A stretch of 64,000 nt of DNA from Lepidodermella squamata (lineage: Eukaryota > Animalia > Gastrotricha), in assembly GCA_047495785.1 (NCBI GenBank), contig JBLDXI010000011.1, positions 806,001-870,000 of the forward strand. Direction: 5' to 3'. Below are positions 12,053 through 23,785 of the stretch, one piece after another (position 1 is the stretch's first letter; every line of letters begins with the position of its first letter). Below the pieces are notes generated by a model, which was not told the origin of the DNA, made no database searches, and worked only from the letters and a program-made list of their open reading frames with translations. A program made the position numbers and the translations under genes.

Positions 12053-12267
12053 TCGATGGTACTATTGTTTACCTTGTTGAGTGACAGAACTCCGACGACA
12101 AGCTCCGTAAGGTAAATTAGCAGTAGGAGAAGGAGTACAACGGCAAAGAAGGCGACTCCGAGGGTATTCGTGAAGACAGACAGAACAGAAATCCGGGCTG
12201 GATGACGAAGAAGCGAGAACGTTGCTGGCTGTTCGTCAGAATCTGCCGTTGTAGTATTAGATTGCAT
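12049..12267 (-). CDS. Small single-pass membrane protein
   Basis: Hydrophobic helix LGVAFFAVVLLLLLLIYL; positional counterpart at 40137-40409. Confidence 0.65.
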   Translation of the reverse strand: MQSNTTTADSDEQPATFSLLRHPARISVLSVFTNTLGVAFFAVVLLLLLLIYLTELVVGVLSLNKVNNSTIE

Positions 12268-12282
12268 ACTGCTATTTCATTT

Positions 12283-13446
12283 TCAGGAGTCGAACTTTGC
12301 CAGTCCTCTTATATTATCGAGCGGTTCCCATGTAGAATCATCTATAGGCCACCCTAACCATTTAACCAAAACTTCGGGGCTTTTGTCAGGTAGGTGACGC
12401 TGATTAAGGGTTCGTTCGACGAGGAATTCTTTCGGAAGATTAATACGCTGTAGTTCATGTGAATAAAATCGACCGAGAATGGGTTGTTTCTGCCAAGTTT
12501 CAATTCGATATACATCTGGAATTGAGGTAGTGTCAACATGACTGACTCGAAAATATTCTTCAGTCCAGCGAAAATCTCTTTCTCGGGCAAATATTCCTCT
12601 ATGACATGTAATACGAACGATGTCCCCTACGTTGAATTTTGGTTTGTAGCGCGTTTCCAGTTTAGCGTATAAATCATCAAAATGAGCTTTGAAGACATTT
12701 TGGAACACCTTGAAGTGGAGCGGGCTCTCCTTTGGAGCGTTCCAAACCTCACTAGGGCTGTATTTGATGCTTTTGTGAATCGAATTGTTGTAGGAACTGA
12801 TAAAATCTTGAAGGTTATGAATGAAACGCCGTGTGTTGTTAGCAATTTGGTAACGCGAGATTTTAATCCTCAGGAGTCGGTTGAAGGACTCGATGGACGT
12901 GGCTTTTAGTGAGGACTTCGTTGAATAGTGGTGGATTTTATAGCGCTTAGTTAGTTTAGCAAATTCAGAGTTCCAAAATTCTTTGCCATCGTCAGTGTTT
13001 AGGGCGTCTGGTGGCTTGTTGGGAGCTGTTATTGACTGTAGGATGCGCTTGAATGCACTGGAAACTACGCTGCCTTCCTTGGATGTGACTGCCTCAGCGA
13101 AGCAGTATCTTGAAAAAAGGTCCTTGACCGTTAAAATGTAGCACATATTGTCATTGAAACTGGCATCTCGTCTGATATCGACAAGGTCGGCGGCGAAGCA
13201 TTCGCTTTTGGAGTAAACTTGGACTTTGAAATAAACACGGCGATTGATAGTCGAGGGTTGTTTGTATAACGACCAAGCTCGTTGATCGGCTAGCCATTGG
13301 CGAACTTGAGAGAGGGATAGTTTAGGTTGAGCTGGTTCGACTTTTAATTGACGATGTAGAGCTTGAACGCCACGAAAGGACGCTGGATTGGTCGGTTTGT
13401 AATAGATAGTAGACAGAGCTTTGTGAATCTCATCTACAGTAGGCAT
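12283..13446 (-). CDS. Retroviral-like (rve) DDE integrase with C-terminal chromodomain
   Basis: YYKPTNPASFRG, ADLVD, TDDGKEF, IESFNR; chromodomain VLVKWLGWPIDDSTWEP; intronless. Confidence 0.95.
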   Translation of the reverse strand: MPTVDEIHKALSTIYYKPTNPASFRGVQALHRQLKVEPAQPKLSLSQVRQWLADQRAWSLYKQPSTINRRVYFKVQVYSKSECFAADLVDIRRDASFNDNMCYILTVKDLFSRYCFAEAVTSKEGSVVSSAFKRILQSITAPNKPPDALNTDDGKEFWNSEFAKLTKRYKIHHYSTKSSLKATSIESFNRLLRIKISRYQIANNTRRFIHNLQDFISSYNNSIHKSIKYSPSEVWNAPKESPLHFKVFQNVFKAHFDDLYAKLETRYKPKFNVGDIVRITCHRGIFARERDFRWTEEYFRVSHVDTTSIPDVYRIETWQKQPILGRFYSHELQRINLPKEFLVERTLNQRHLPDKSPEVLVKWLGWPIDDSTWEPLDNIRGLAKFDS

Positions 13447-13774
13447 TTTAATTCATCTGAGAAATACAGGTCTTTTATAGTATCATGGTGTACGCTTAAA
13501 CAGCACGTAATTCGTGTACCCGCTGTAGTGTGCCCCTATCCTCCTCACGTTATTTCTCCGCTTTATCAACTGGAAAGATGCAAAACCAAAGTGGAGGAAC
13601 GCCAGGAGGAACAAACCGCCAAAAACTAGGAAGATATTCCATCGATCAGATGTTCGATAGTTGATAGTTCGATCATATTTACAGGGAAAAATTACACCAT
13701 TAAATTAAGATGGCTAGATCTATCGATTACTCAACAAGATATTTGAGCTGGGTACCTTCTCTCCCTCCATTATA

Positions 13775-13972
13775 CCGTATTACCGCGCTTTGAGTGTCAT
13801 GCCACTATAAAGTGAAACATGGTTTTTGACCCTTTTTCAATTTCCTCGATTGTAGTGTCACCTAATGTTTTGCATTGAAATTTAATTTGGCATGCCACTA
13901 TAAACGGGGGATAGTGACATGCCACTGTAAAACGAGCTATGGTGGCATGACACTCCAAGCGCGGTAATACGG
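13775..13972. mobile_element. MITE (Tc1/mariner/pogo type)
   Basis: ~30-bp TIR CCGTATTACCGCGCTT.GAGTGTCATGCCAC flanked by TA on both sides. Confidence 0.85.
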
Positions 13973-16011
13973 TACAAAATCGCCGACTGCACAGCCTCGA
14001 CCGACCGCGTAATGCTACTGAGTCGAATGGACAGCCGGCCGCCAAAAATGCCTCCACTGGCCGCACCCCTCGACCGAGTTTGCGCATCAATGTGGAAAGT
14101 AGTTCAACTTCGAAAAAGCGGTCTCAAGGTTTCCTATTCCAGATTTGCTGACAGAGGGCATCCTAACCTTGAATCACCTCGATAAATGAGCCTATATCGC
14201 CAGAGTGCGGTATGAAAAAACGCAACCTCGAATTGAACGAAGTGAAGCAGGATATGAACGGGTTGTAGAAGTTTTACGTTTCCCCGATTTGACATTTTTT
14301 CCACTTAATCCGCTCCAATAAAAATGAAAAAGAATTAAGAAATCCTGGTAAATTCTGGGAATTAAGGTAATAAGCGTTGCTGTTTGCTTGTATACGCTGG
14401 TGTTTTATATAAAACCGTACGCGCGTATTGGGGCATTCGCGCGCATAATAGCATAAATGTTAGTGCGCGCAATATAATACAATAAAATGTATGGTCAATC
14501 AAAAGCAGTTATTATGCCGCAATGCCGACTTGTATTCTGAGGCTTTTCTGCAGAAAAAAGTCAATTTTTATATCGTCCTATATAGAATTGCGCTCGTAGA
14601 AGAGTTCAGCGGAACTTGGTTCGACAACGTCACTTCTCTATGGCAATGTTTGAGCAGTGACACTTCAGCAACTGCCACTATAGCAGTTGTGTTATTCAGC
14701 AATACAACTATAGAGCCCACGTCATTTCAGTTGATGTCTTTAAAGCTAACGATATCTGCGTAGTGCGACATTTCAACTACGACATTCGCGCTGACGACAA
14801 TCGAGCTGACTATAAATTTATTATTAATTTAAGTGTTGACTCTTGGCTAAACGAGCGGAGCGAGCAAGCCCAGCTCCACCTCTATAGCTCATTGAAGGTC
14901 CATTGTATTTGAATAATAATAAAAATAATTAACATACATTTAGCTGAGTTGTCGAGTGGCTAAGTTGTCGCTTCGCTCATCTCAGTTCGCGCGAATATCT
15001 TAGATCTTAGAGCCTTTAATTCGACGATTGTGGAAAACTTCTACTGCCCAAATATATTATTGCAAATCTTTTGCGGAAGTGGCAGTTGCTGAAGTGTCGC
15101 CTGCTCAATCGGCAACGCTGGGGTGAAGTCGTTGAACTACGTTCTACTGAACTTTCCCACAACCTATGTTTCGATGGGACGAATTTGAGATCGGCGCTTC
15201 CCCGGACGCTCTCATGCCTCTATGAGCTTAGGGCAATCACGTTCATACGTTCAAACTACGCTCAAAACATTTTTTTATTTCTTTATCAGTGCGTAGTTTA
15301 CAAACAGCACGTGTCGTTTCATTGACATTTTCTTTTCCAAAATCATGAAACAATGTGATAAAGAAATGACGTTTTATTTTATAAAATGAAATGGAAAAAA
15401 TCGAATAAAGAAATGCTATTTATTTCAATTTAAAAATTTAAAATGATAAAGAGATGCCAGTGTTTAATTTTAATTTCAAAATAAAAAATGGCTTGTAATA
15501 AAGAAACGCACCCAATGTGCAACGTCGTTGGCGGTAAAATTGACAATTAAATTAAACAAGCCTAGAGGTTCCTTCTGCCGCGCCGCCAACGATATGTTTA
15601 TGCTCTGATGTTAGCCGCCGGCCGGCGGAGGGCCTGTATAAATAAAACTAATCCTAAGAATTCGTCAGTTTAGCGCTTTTTAAAATTTCAGAATTCAGAA
15701 AGTGCATGTTTCGGGATGACCTGTTGCCTCTGTTTTGTTTCCTTAATCATAGTTTTGCGTTTTGCTGGTTAACAAACAATGGTTGCCCCGATTGTTCCGC
15801 TCTATTAAAGCATGATCTTTCATCGAAGGAACAATGGAATAAAAAATAAAAAATGTCATCATTAAAACATACAAAAAACCCCAGTTCAAAAAATATAACG
15901 TCAAAATGCCATTTATATATCAAAGCAAACATTATTGTTGATAATAATGTGCTTTGTTTCGCTCTGCTCGTCAACACCGCTAAACATATTTTTATATGTT
16001 AGCGTGCATTA

Positions 16012-17054
16012 CCGTAAATTGGGGCAAAATGGCCGCGGGAAAAAAATGACCCCCTGTTTTTTTCGCATTTTTACACGTTTCAGAGGGTCCTGATTCCGAT
16101 TTTATAGGAAGCTCATTTTGCCCCAGGTTTGGGGCAAATTGGACAGGTGTTTTGGGGCTAATTGGCCACCCTTATCCTTATAATGGGTTTTTAATATTTG
16201 ATGATTGTGAGGGTTGAATGGTCGAGTGGTTGTGATGCGTCATCAGAACTTGAGTGATCTGATGAGCGACGGTTCGAATCCTCATAAAGTAGCATTTTTT
16301 TTGCTACGCATTTAATTTTTAATTTTTTGGTTTCAATTGTCCATTTTACTAATAGTTTTTAATTAGTTTCTCCGTTTTTTCTGATAGTTTTACTGCTGAG
16401 CAACTTTTAAACGCCTCCCAAACAAAAGAAATGCCCGGGATACGTGGTGTTAGTAGAATAATTAAAATGGAAAATTAACAGAAAAAATTAAAAAATTAAA
16501 TGCGTAGCAAAAAAATGCTACTTTATGAGGATTCGAACCGTCGCTCATCAGATCACTCGCAAGCTCTGATGACGCATCACAACCACTCGACCATTCAACC
16601 CTCACAATCATCAAATATTAAAAACCCATTATAAGGATAAGGGTGGCCAATTAGCCCCCATCATTGAGTTTTCCATGGGGTAATTTGGCCACAATCACCT
16701 AGCCATACCTGTGCATCGCCTGGGGTCGCGGTTTTTTTTGCTGTCATCTACGACGAAAATGGTCGAAGGAAAAAATTTCATCTGAACATCAAACCTCGTG
16801 ATTGGCTCCAGGTAATTCAATTTAGAGGAGTCGTTTTTACCTCCCCAAACTCACCTTTAAACAACAACATGCTGTGACCTCATTCCGGGACATACCTGGC
16901 TGAAAATTTACAGGCTTGTAAAAGGCTTGTTGATAATCGTCCCCGTAAATTTTTGTGAAGTTTTATCTTGTAGTTTTTGAGCTATCGATAAAAATGTGAA
17001 AACCTCAATTTTTGGCCAATTAGCCCCAAAGGTTCATTTTGCCCCAAATGACGG
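16012..17054. mobile_element. Non-autonomous pogo-like DNA transposon with a large internal palindrome
   Basis: TA|CCGTAAATTGGGGCAAAATG ... CATTTTGCCCCAAATGACGG|TA; internal inverted arms ~16153-16328 and ~16482-16659. Confidence 0.8.
16208..16284 (+). ncRNA. tRNA-like Pol III unit (inverted copy at 16526-16604)
   Basis: A box TGGTCGAGTGG, B box GGTTCGAATCC, terminal TGAGG/CCTCA stem, downstream T-run; no canonical anticodon arm. Confidence 0.5.
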
Positions 17055-18225
17055 TATATGCTCTTTCCGTTCCATGTTCCATATTGCTTCACCAATGTAA
17101 AAGTTATACATGACCTGTAAAAGCTGAAACTGTTTCTGTCCATCACTGGAAAATGGGTGCAAACTGTACTGGCTGTTTAAAAGTTGGTTATGACATGAAA
17201 TGATGACATCATGGTTGATGATGTCTGCTGCTACCTATTCATGTCTCGAAGAAAATTGCAAAACACGCGGGATTTCCTGCGCAGTGGGTTAAAATAATAA
17301 TTTTCCTAAAAAATAATTTCCTAAAAATTTATCATCTCCCAAACTGCCAGGAATATCTAAAAACAAATTGGATATTCAGAATCAGTTACCGAAAACTACG
17401 GCTTCCAAAGCATTCTTGCTTCTTCCTAGCCGAAAATGTCCTAAATTCGCCGAAATTTCCTGCGCAGCCACTGCGGCATTTCTGCATGTTTTGCAGCCCT
17501 GGAAAATTGTTCAGTCTGAACGAGATAATTCAGGCTTCAGGCCAGTCACTGTTTCAACGGTTGAGGGCAGATGGATGTGTAATATATCATCGACATGAAC
17601 TTTTTTCCACTCCCATAAGCAATTGCCTCGTCCGTTTGAGTCAATTTTGTGATAATAATGTGAGACTTTGGACAGGTGTTGCCATACTAACTTGTGAGCA
17701 GGAGTGACTTCCTTCTGCCATACCTGCTGAGTTAGATCTCATCCTCTGATCTCTGATTAGATGAGCACTCTTCAAGAAGGCCCATGTCATGAAATATGCT
17801 TAATTAGCATTGTTAATCATTGTTTTCTTGTAGAATAGAGTGTACATTTCTTACTTAACATGTCTTTTTGGGGGTCACCGTGGTTTTTCATGTCTTATGG
17901 CTTATGCTACGCATCTCAGATATGAAAAAAACTCATACAAATATAACACTTTATCCGGATCGTATCGTAAAATATGCCTTCTTAATGGCCGAATTATAAA
18001 CTCATACAACCTTCTTGATTTTTTAATTCCAAATTATTATCGATGGCCTAGAAACTGCATATTTTTGTTTTGCATCGTGAAAACTGACATTGAGCTATTT
18101 ATTGTAAACTCGTAAGTAGTTTTCTTCGGCGACTCACCCCGAGCTTGACAACGCAAACCTCGTCCGATTAGGTGCTACCTAACAGGAGATATCGATGCGC
18201 GAAAATTTGTCTATTTTTCACGTTA

Positions 18226-18702
18226 GCAAAACTTTGTTTCGCTATATCTCCAAAGTTGGTCAGGGTTTTGGCTGAGCTTCACAGAAATGAAAGTTTGGGA
18301 TGTGCTCTATCAGATGGTGTAAGCCTTGCGAATGGCTTTTGGGTATAACTCGAGTAATTACAGCTCGAATAGGCATACTCGACCTATAAAACCATCACTT
18401 CTGAAGGTCCCATGACAATTTGGATTGTACCATCGTGTTCAGCTTCGTCGAATTCCTAAGTGATTCATGTTTCAAATAAATATTCGTGAAAACATGGGAG
18501 AAATTAGAAAATTAAAATAATTAGTGTTTAGCGACGCAAAACAAATTAAGCGTTAATTTGTTTTTCCACGCTTCTTACGACTGTGCGTCAACTGCTCGCA
18601 TTCGCAAGGCTTATCTGATAGAGCACATCCCAAACTTTCATTTCTGTGAAGCTCAGCCAAAACCGTGACCCACTTTGGAGATATAGCGAAACAAAGTTTT
18701 GC
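18226..18702. repeat. ~105-bp inverted repeat pair (foldback/MITE-like)
   Basis: GCAAAACTTTGTTTCGCTATATCTCCAAAG... at 18226-18334 mirrored at ~18600-18702. Confidence 0.75.
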
Positions 18703-18734
18703 AATTTACGCGAAAAAACTAGGTTTTGTTAATA

Positions 18735-21335
18735 CCAGGGAAGCTGATTTGAGCATGCGGTTTTTTGCGGTCTGTTGTTTCTGGGACGATGATAGTATTT
18801 TATAGTATGACTTCGTGCTTGGCAGGCAAACGGTCACGGATTTCTTAATTGAAGCCGAGAGCGTGTGGTTGGCGCGCAAGGTCCCGCCTATGGCGTGGGT
18901 AAATGCGCTTAGGTTGGCGCTTGCTGGCCAGCTCATGCTGGACATGGACCGCATAATGGTTGACGTCGACCCTCGTACTGCGTCGTAAGAGACGGTCAAA
19001 AGAGCGCTGATCAAGGCGGTCGACAAGCCACCCACGAAGGAAGAACAATTTCCCTGGTTTTAGCGTTTTTTTGTCATTTTCCTGTGGTAGCTAAATTGGA
19101 CCATATTCTTAGCAGGGAGTGATGTTAGTACCGCCCCGTTAACCGAGATTTTTACTTTGGACCGGACAGAAACGTCTCTCAAATGAGATCCACATGAATT
19201 TTGACATTTTTAGGGGACTGCACCAAATTTGCAAAGCTGGAAGCTTCTGGTTTTGCAACTGTTGATCTTTGTGGAAATCGGCGTCATGAATGAATAGCTG
19301 ACCACCACTTGACTAAATCTGACCCCTCTGACAAGGCAAATTATTGCCAAAAGTCACATCCGATGCAAAATAGCATTTTTCAAAAATTAACTTTTTCACC
19401 AAAAATCAAAAGAAGCATTTTCGTCACCAATTTCTCAAATTTTATCGCAATTGGACGAGAATTTTAGGAAAGTTTACAACAGACAAGATCTATCGAAAGA
19501 AGCCTATATAGGCTCAATGGGATGATGACCTGGAACTTTCAGCTGAAATCAACATACATTTTTGCAGCCATTTTTAAGCCATATGAATATGCAAATGAAA
19601 TAGGCGGTTTAGATCCATCTCACTTTCTGGGGTGGTTTTTTGCTTTTTTTTGTTGTCTAAACATCATTTCTCATTTTTAAGTCACAGTTTTCTCAACTAA
19701 CCGACATTCGGGGCAAACGCGAACGCCCATCCTCCGGCGGCTTTAGCTGGTGAAAAACCGAAAGTTCAAGCGGACTTCAAGCTTGAGGAACGCAAGGTGA
19801 AGGCCATCGACATACCGTCGTCGGCACCTGCTGAGGATGTAGCCAAGTATTTTGAGGAGAATTATGGCGCAGTGTACGTTGTTAAGCTGAAGCAGGGTAG
19901 GCCCGGCTACAGCACGTATTTGATCGAATTCAAGTCAAAGGACGAAACAGACGTTCATTTGAGCAAAGGTTATATCGGCTTCTTTGCATTGACGAGCAGA
20001 GTGATGCAAGTCAGAGACTATAGCCCGCATGTGAAAATTTGCCAGCGGTGCCAGGGTAGTGGCCACTCCTGGACGTCATGTAGCCAGACGATAACTTGCC
20101 CCGATTGCAGCACTGAGCACTTCAGGGGCGACGAAGCTTGCCCGGTGGTAATCGCGAAAAAGGCTTGCGTTGAGTAAGGCCTGACGGATGAAGCGGCGAA
20201 GGTTAAAATATGTGAAGCGATGCGGTGTCGCAACTGCACGCAGAAACACACCACCAACTACAGGGTGTTTCATAAAAAACCGTACGAGATGAGCCTTATA
20301 TTAGCACGCATAGATAATATAGGAAAAGTACTGCCGTTATCGATTTTTCATGCGCCATGTTATTTTTGCTGTTTCGCGGGGAGAAAAAAACGGCAAGAAT
20401 GCGGCATTTCTACGGTGAAAACGTGGTATCTTACGGTGTGTTTACGGTGAATTCACGGATAACATGCGGTCAATTTCTGTGATATTTAGCCTAAATTATC
20501 CTCGAGGATAAAGATTAACATTGCCGTCAAAATTATTGCCGCGCATTCCTCCTTTTAGCTTTGGAGTGGGTTTAAGTGTGCAATTTCCTCCATATCTGGC
20601 AGTTTAAAGGTAAACTGCGAGCAGATCAACAGTGAAACGAGGGTGAAAAGTTCTGCAAATTTGAGCAACTGTTCCAATAGGAAATTGAATAAGTTTCACT
20701 AGCTTCGCCGGACTTGGCCGGTCAGTTCGGTGTACCCGATGTGGGCGGGTGCTACGGCAGTGACCATAACCTGGTTGCGGTCGATTTCGAACTTCCCAAG
20801 GTGAGGTTCGACTATAATAAGATGAACGAAGGATTCTATCACTCAGGCGGTCGTTAAAGACAAGCTGCTGAAGATTCCGTTGCCTGCAAGAGCGAGTGTA
20901 GAGGAGGTACGAAGGTTCGATGGCGAAATCACTAAGGCCATGCAGGAGGCACGAGATAGATCAGTACCAACGGTGTTAGCAAAACAGCTGAAAAAGTACA
21001 GGTCGACACCGCAGATGGCTGCGTTGATCGAGCGTCGACACATTGCGTTGCGACAGTACCGTTCTACGGGAAACCCTGTGTTTCAGGCCAGGGCGGACGC
21101 GTTCTATGCTCATTTCAATGAGTTAGCAGCCTTAGCTAAAGAGCGCAAGCACACGCGTAACCTTCAGCGGATGGAAAAGCGTAGAAGGGTAGATTCGGGG
21201 GCGTTCTTCCGGGCTTTTCGTGAGATCACAGCTGAGAGTGGGTCGGCACCAGTACCAGCGGTCCGCACCCTGACCAACGAGGCAGGTGAGCTGGTTGTCG
21301 GTGACGCGGCCAGAGCTCACACAATTGCCGGTTGA
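18735..21335 (+). pseudogene. Fragmented non-LTR retrotransposon (ORF1 zinc knuckles plus start of ORF2)
   Basis: CQRCQGSGHSWTSC, CPDCSTEH...C and CRNCTQKH knuckles; DHNLV endonuclease end and pre-RT helical region; stops and insertions at ~19050-19690 and ~20260-20700. Confidence 0.7.
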
Positions 21336-22308
21336 AATGAAGCGTATCCGACTTATACCAACGTGAATGCAACCTAAAACAATCGGATATTTCGTCTTAC
21401 TTTGAGCATCATCTTCCCTCATCTTAATTTTCCTACTCAAATGAAATACATCCAAATCTCAAAATTTGCATTTGTAGTTTTAACCATCGCAATAAACTAG
21501 TACGGTCTTCCTTTCCGATCGGAATGACAACGAAATCGCCAACTTTGGGCTCTTCCCGCATCTTCAACTTCGCTTCCCAGATTTCTCGTTCGGTCATGCG
21601 ATTTTCAAGGTAGTTCTTGAAATAAGGAGCGTGGAAGCGAATGCTCGATAGGGTGTTCCCAAGGCGGTCGGTTTTGAATCGAAGAGGAAACGCAATGAAG
21701 CTACCAGCCACCACTTCTTCGTCGCTGACCACGAAGGCTATCAACACCTCGATCACTTGGAAAACTCCTTCGTCGGCTTGGAGCTTCGATTTCCACATCT
21801 CCAGTCGTTCAAGATGAAAATTTCGCTTGGCGATGGCAAGAGCTTCAGGTGGTGTACGAGTGTACAGAGTAACAAGATCTTCGTCAACTTCGTTGTCAAC
21901 GTCGTCCTGGAAAACTGTTTCGAGCAAGCAATCAAATTCGTCGAACTCTTCTTGTACTTCTTCGACAGGAGGTTCATCGATATCCTCGTTTTCATCCAAG
22001 CTTTTCAGCGAGGGTCCATCTTCTTCATCAAGATCTTCCAGCTCGGGGTAGTTCGGGGCCCTGCCGAAAAACATCTTGTAAGGACTGGTCTTCAGAACAC
22101 GAGTCCACTGCTTGTTCCAGCGATAAACGACGCCCGGTAGAAGATCGACCCCCTTGCCGAGATCTCCTTCTCGGAACATTGTACAGGGTGTTTCAGAACT
22201 CGCGCCTCGCGCACTATATGAATAGCATGCGGCAAATGCGCGCGCATTGTTATGTGCATACACTATTATACGCGTATACTATTTTACCTATAAATGTACC
22301 ACACACTA

Positions 22309-22595
22309 CAGGGTGACTTTTTTATAGTGGAAATAATCTTTGTTAGCATTAATCGGGACTAGTACTGTCTAGTTTGCGAGTACTTGCACTGCACTAAAGT
22401 CGATTTCTCCAAACTCTTCAAACTCTATCTGATAATTATCGCGTAATACCAGGCCATTCATAAAATTTTATTGCTAGCACGAGTTCGTTAAGTTTGGAGA
22501 AATCGACATGCAAGTACTCGCCATACAAAGATGATTCAGTACTAGACGCAATTATTGCTAACATGGATTATTGCCACTATAAAAAAGTCACCCTG
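22309..22595. mobile_element. Nested MITE
   Basis: TA|CAGGGTGACTTTTTTATAGTGG ... CCACTATAAAAAAGTCACCCTG|TA. Confidence 0.88.
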
Positions 22596-23249
22596 TACTG
22601 TAGTCAGCGTATAAAATATGCGTAATACATAAATGTACAGCATACATAATAGCACTGCCGTAGTTATTTTCTGGTGGAAACCTTCGAGCCTCGATAAATT
22701 TGAGCCGAGTTTCATTGAATATCTTATTTATTTCGAGGATGACGTCATGTTTTCTGAAACATGCTGATTGATTGGACTCTGAAGCGAGAGGTTTCAAAAC
22801 AATTTCTCAAATTCCGTGGCTGGATATTTCAGAAATTGATGATTTCTGAGAAAATTCTGATTTTACTTGATGCTGAATTTGTCGAAAAATCGTTGGTTAA
22901 TTAGTCTCCTGCCTTGGCATCAAAATTTCTTTCACGTTGCATTAATTCAAGGCCCCGACTGCACATGTTGATAAAAAATGACGTTGATCTAAACCACTGG
23001 CGAATGCTATACATCAAGCGAAGAAAGAAAATGAAGGTTTGCAGTTCATTACGTGGACTTAATGTAGCAATCTGATTTCGTGGATAACTAATCGAAATTT
23101 CCTCGAAATTACAATCAAGAAATCAGGAGCAAAATTTTGAAGGATAAAAAGCGAACAATTCATGGCTAGATTTTATACAATCTTCGAAAAACCCAAGAAA
23201 AGGTGAGAAATTGGCATTTTCCAGCCTTCAGGCTGCCGCATCTCCAAAA

Positions 23250-23785
23250 ATCCGTGGATGCGAATTCCATATTTTCACATCACTAAACAGCCAGAGATGT
23301 GCTTAACAAGGCTGGTTGGTCGCGCCGAAAGTCTATCCACGGACATCGCAAAGAGACGCATGTCAAACGACGCGAAAACCGTCATAGAGAGGCCGTTTTT
23401 CGCTACAACCGGGTCAACTTTACAACCCTCCCTCTTGATTACCTGTGGATGGATTTTTGATTTCTTGACATCGTTGGATAGCCCAAGATGAGCTCTACAA
23501 GGCTGGTTGGTCGCGCCGAAAGTCTATCCACGGACATCGCAAGGAGACGCATGTCAAACGACGCGAAAACCGTCGTAGAGAGGCCGTTTTTCGCTACAAC
23601 CGGGTCAACTTCGGGACGCTCCCTCTAAGAATTCCGTGGATGGATTTTCGATTTCTTGACATCGTTAGAAAGCCCAAGAGCTGGTCTACCAGGCTGGTTT
23701 GTCGCGCCGAAAGTCTATCCACAGGGTTCGTAAGGAATCGCATGTCAAATGTCACAAAAATCGTCGTAGTTGGGCCGTTTAAGTT
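23250..23785. repeat. ~190-bp tandem repeat, about 3 diverged copies
   Basis: Recurrent AGGCTGGTT.GTCGCGCCGAAAGTCTATCCAC core at ~23310, ~23500 and ~23690. Confidence 0.8.

Larger units (their letters stand above)
1..13772. mobile_element. Polinton/Maverick element 1 (left part outside window, right terminus not resolved)
   Basis: Full Polinton core set: pPolB, rve integrase, packaging ATPase, adenain-like protease, major and minor capsid. No TIR or TSD identifiable; right boundary approximate. Confidence 0.92.

Noticed and set aside
13447-13772. Right TIR of element 1
   Set aside because: No ACTACT-like end found, and the partner end is outside the window.
16208-16284. Functional tRNA gene
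   Set aside because: No canonical cloverleaf or anticodon loop; lies in a transposon palindrome.
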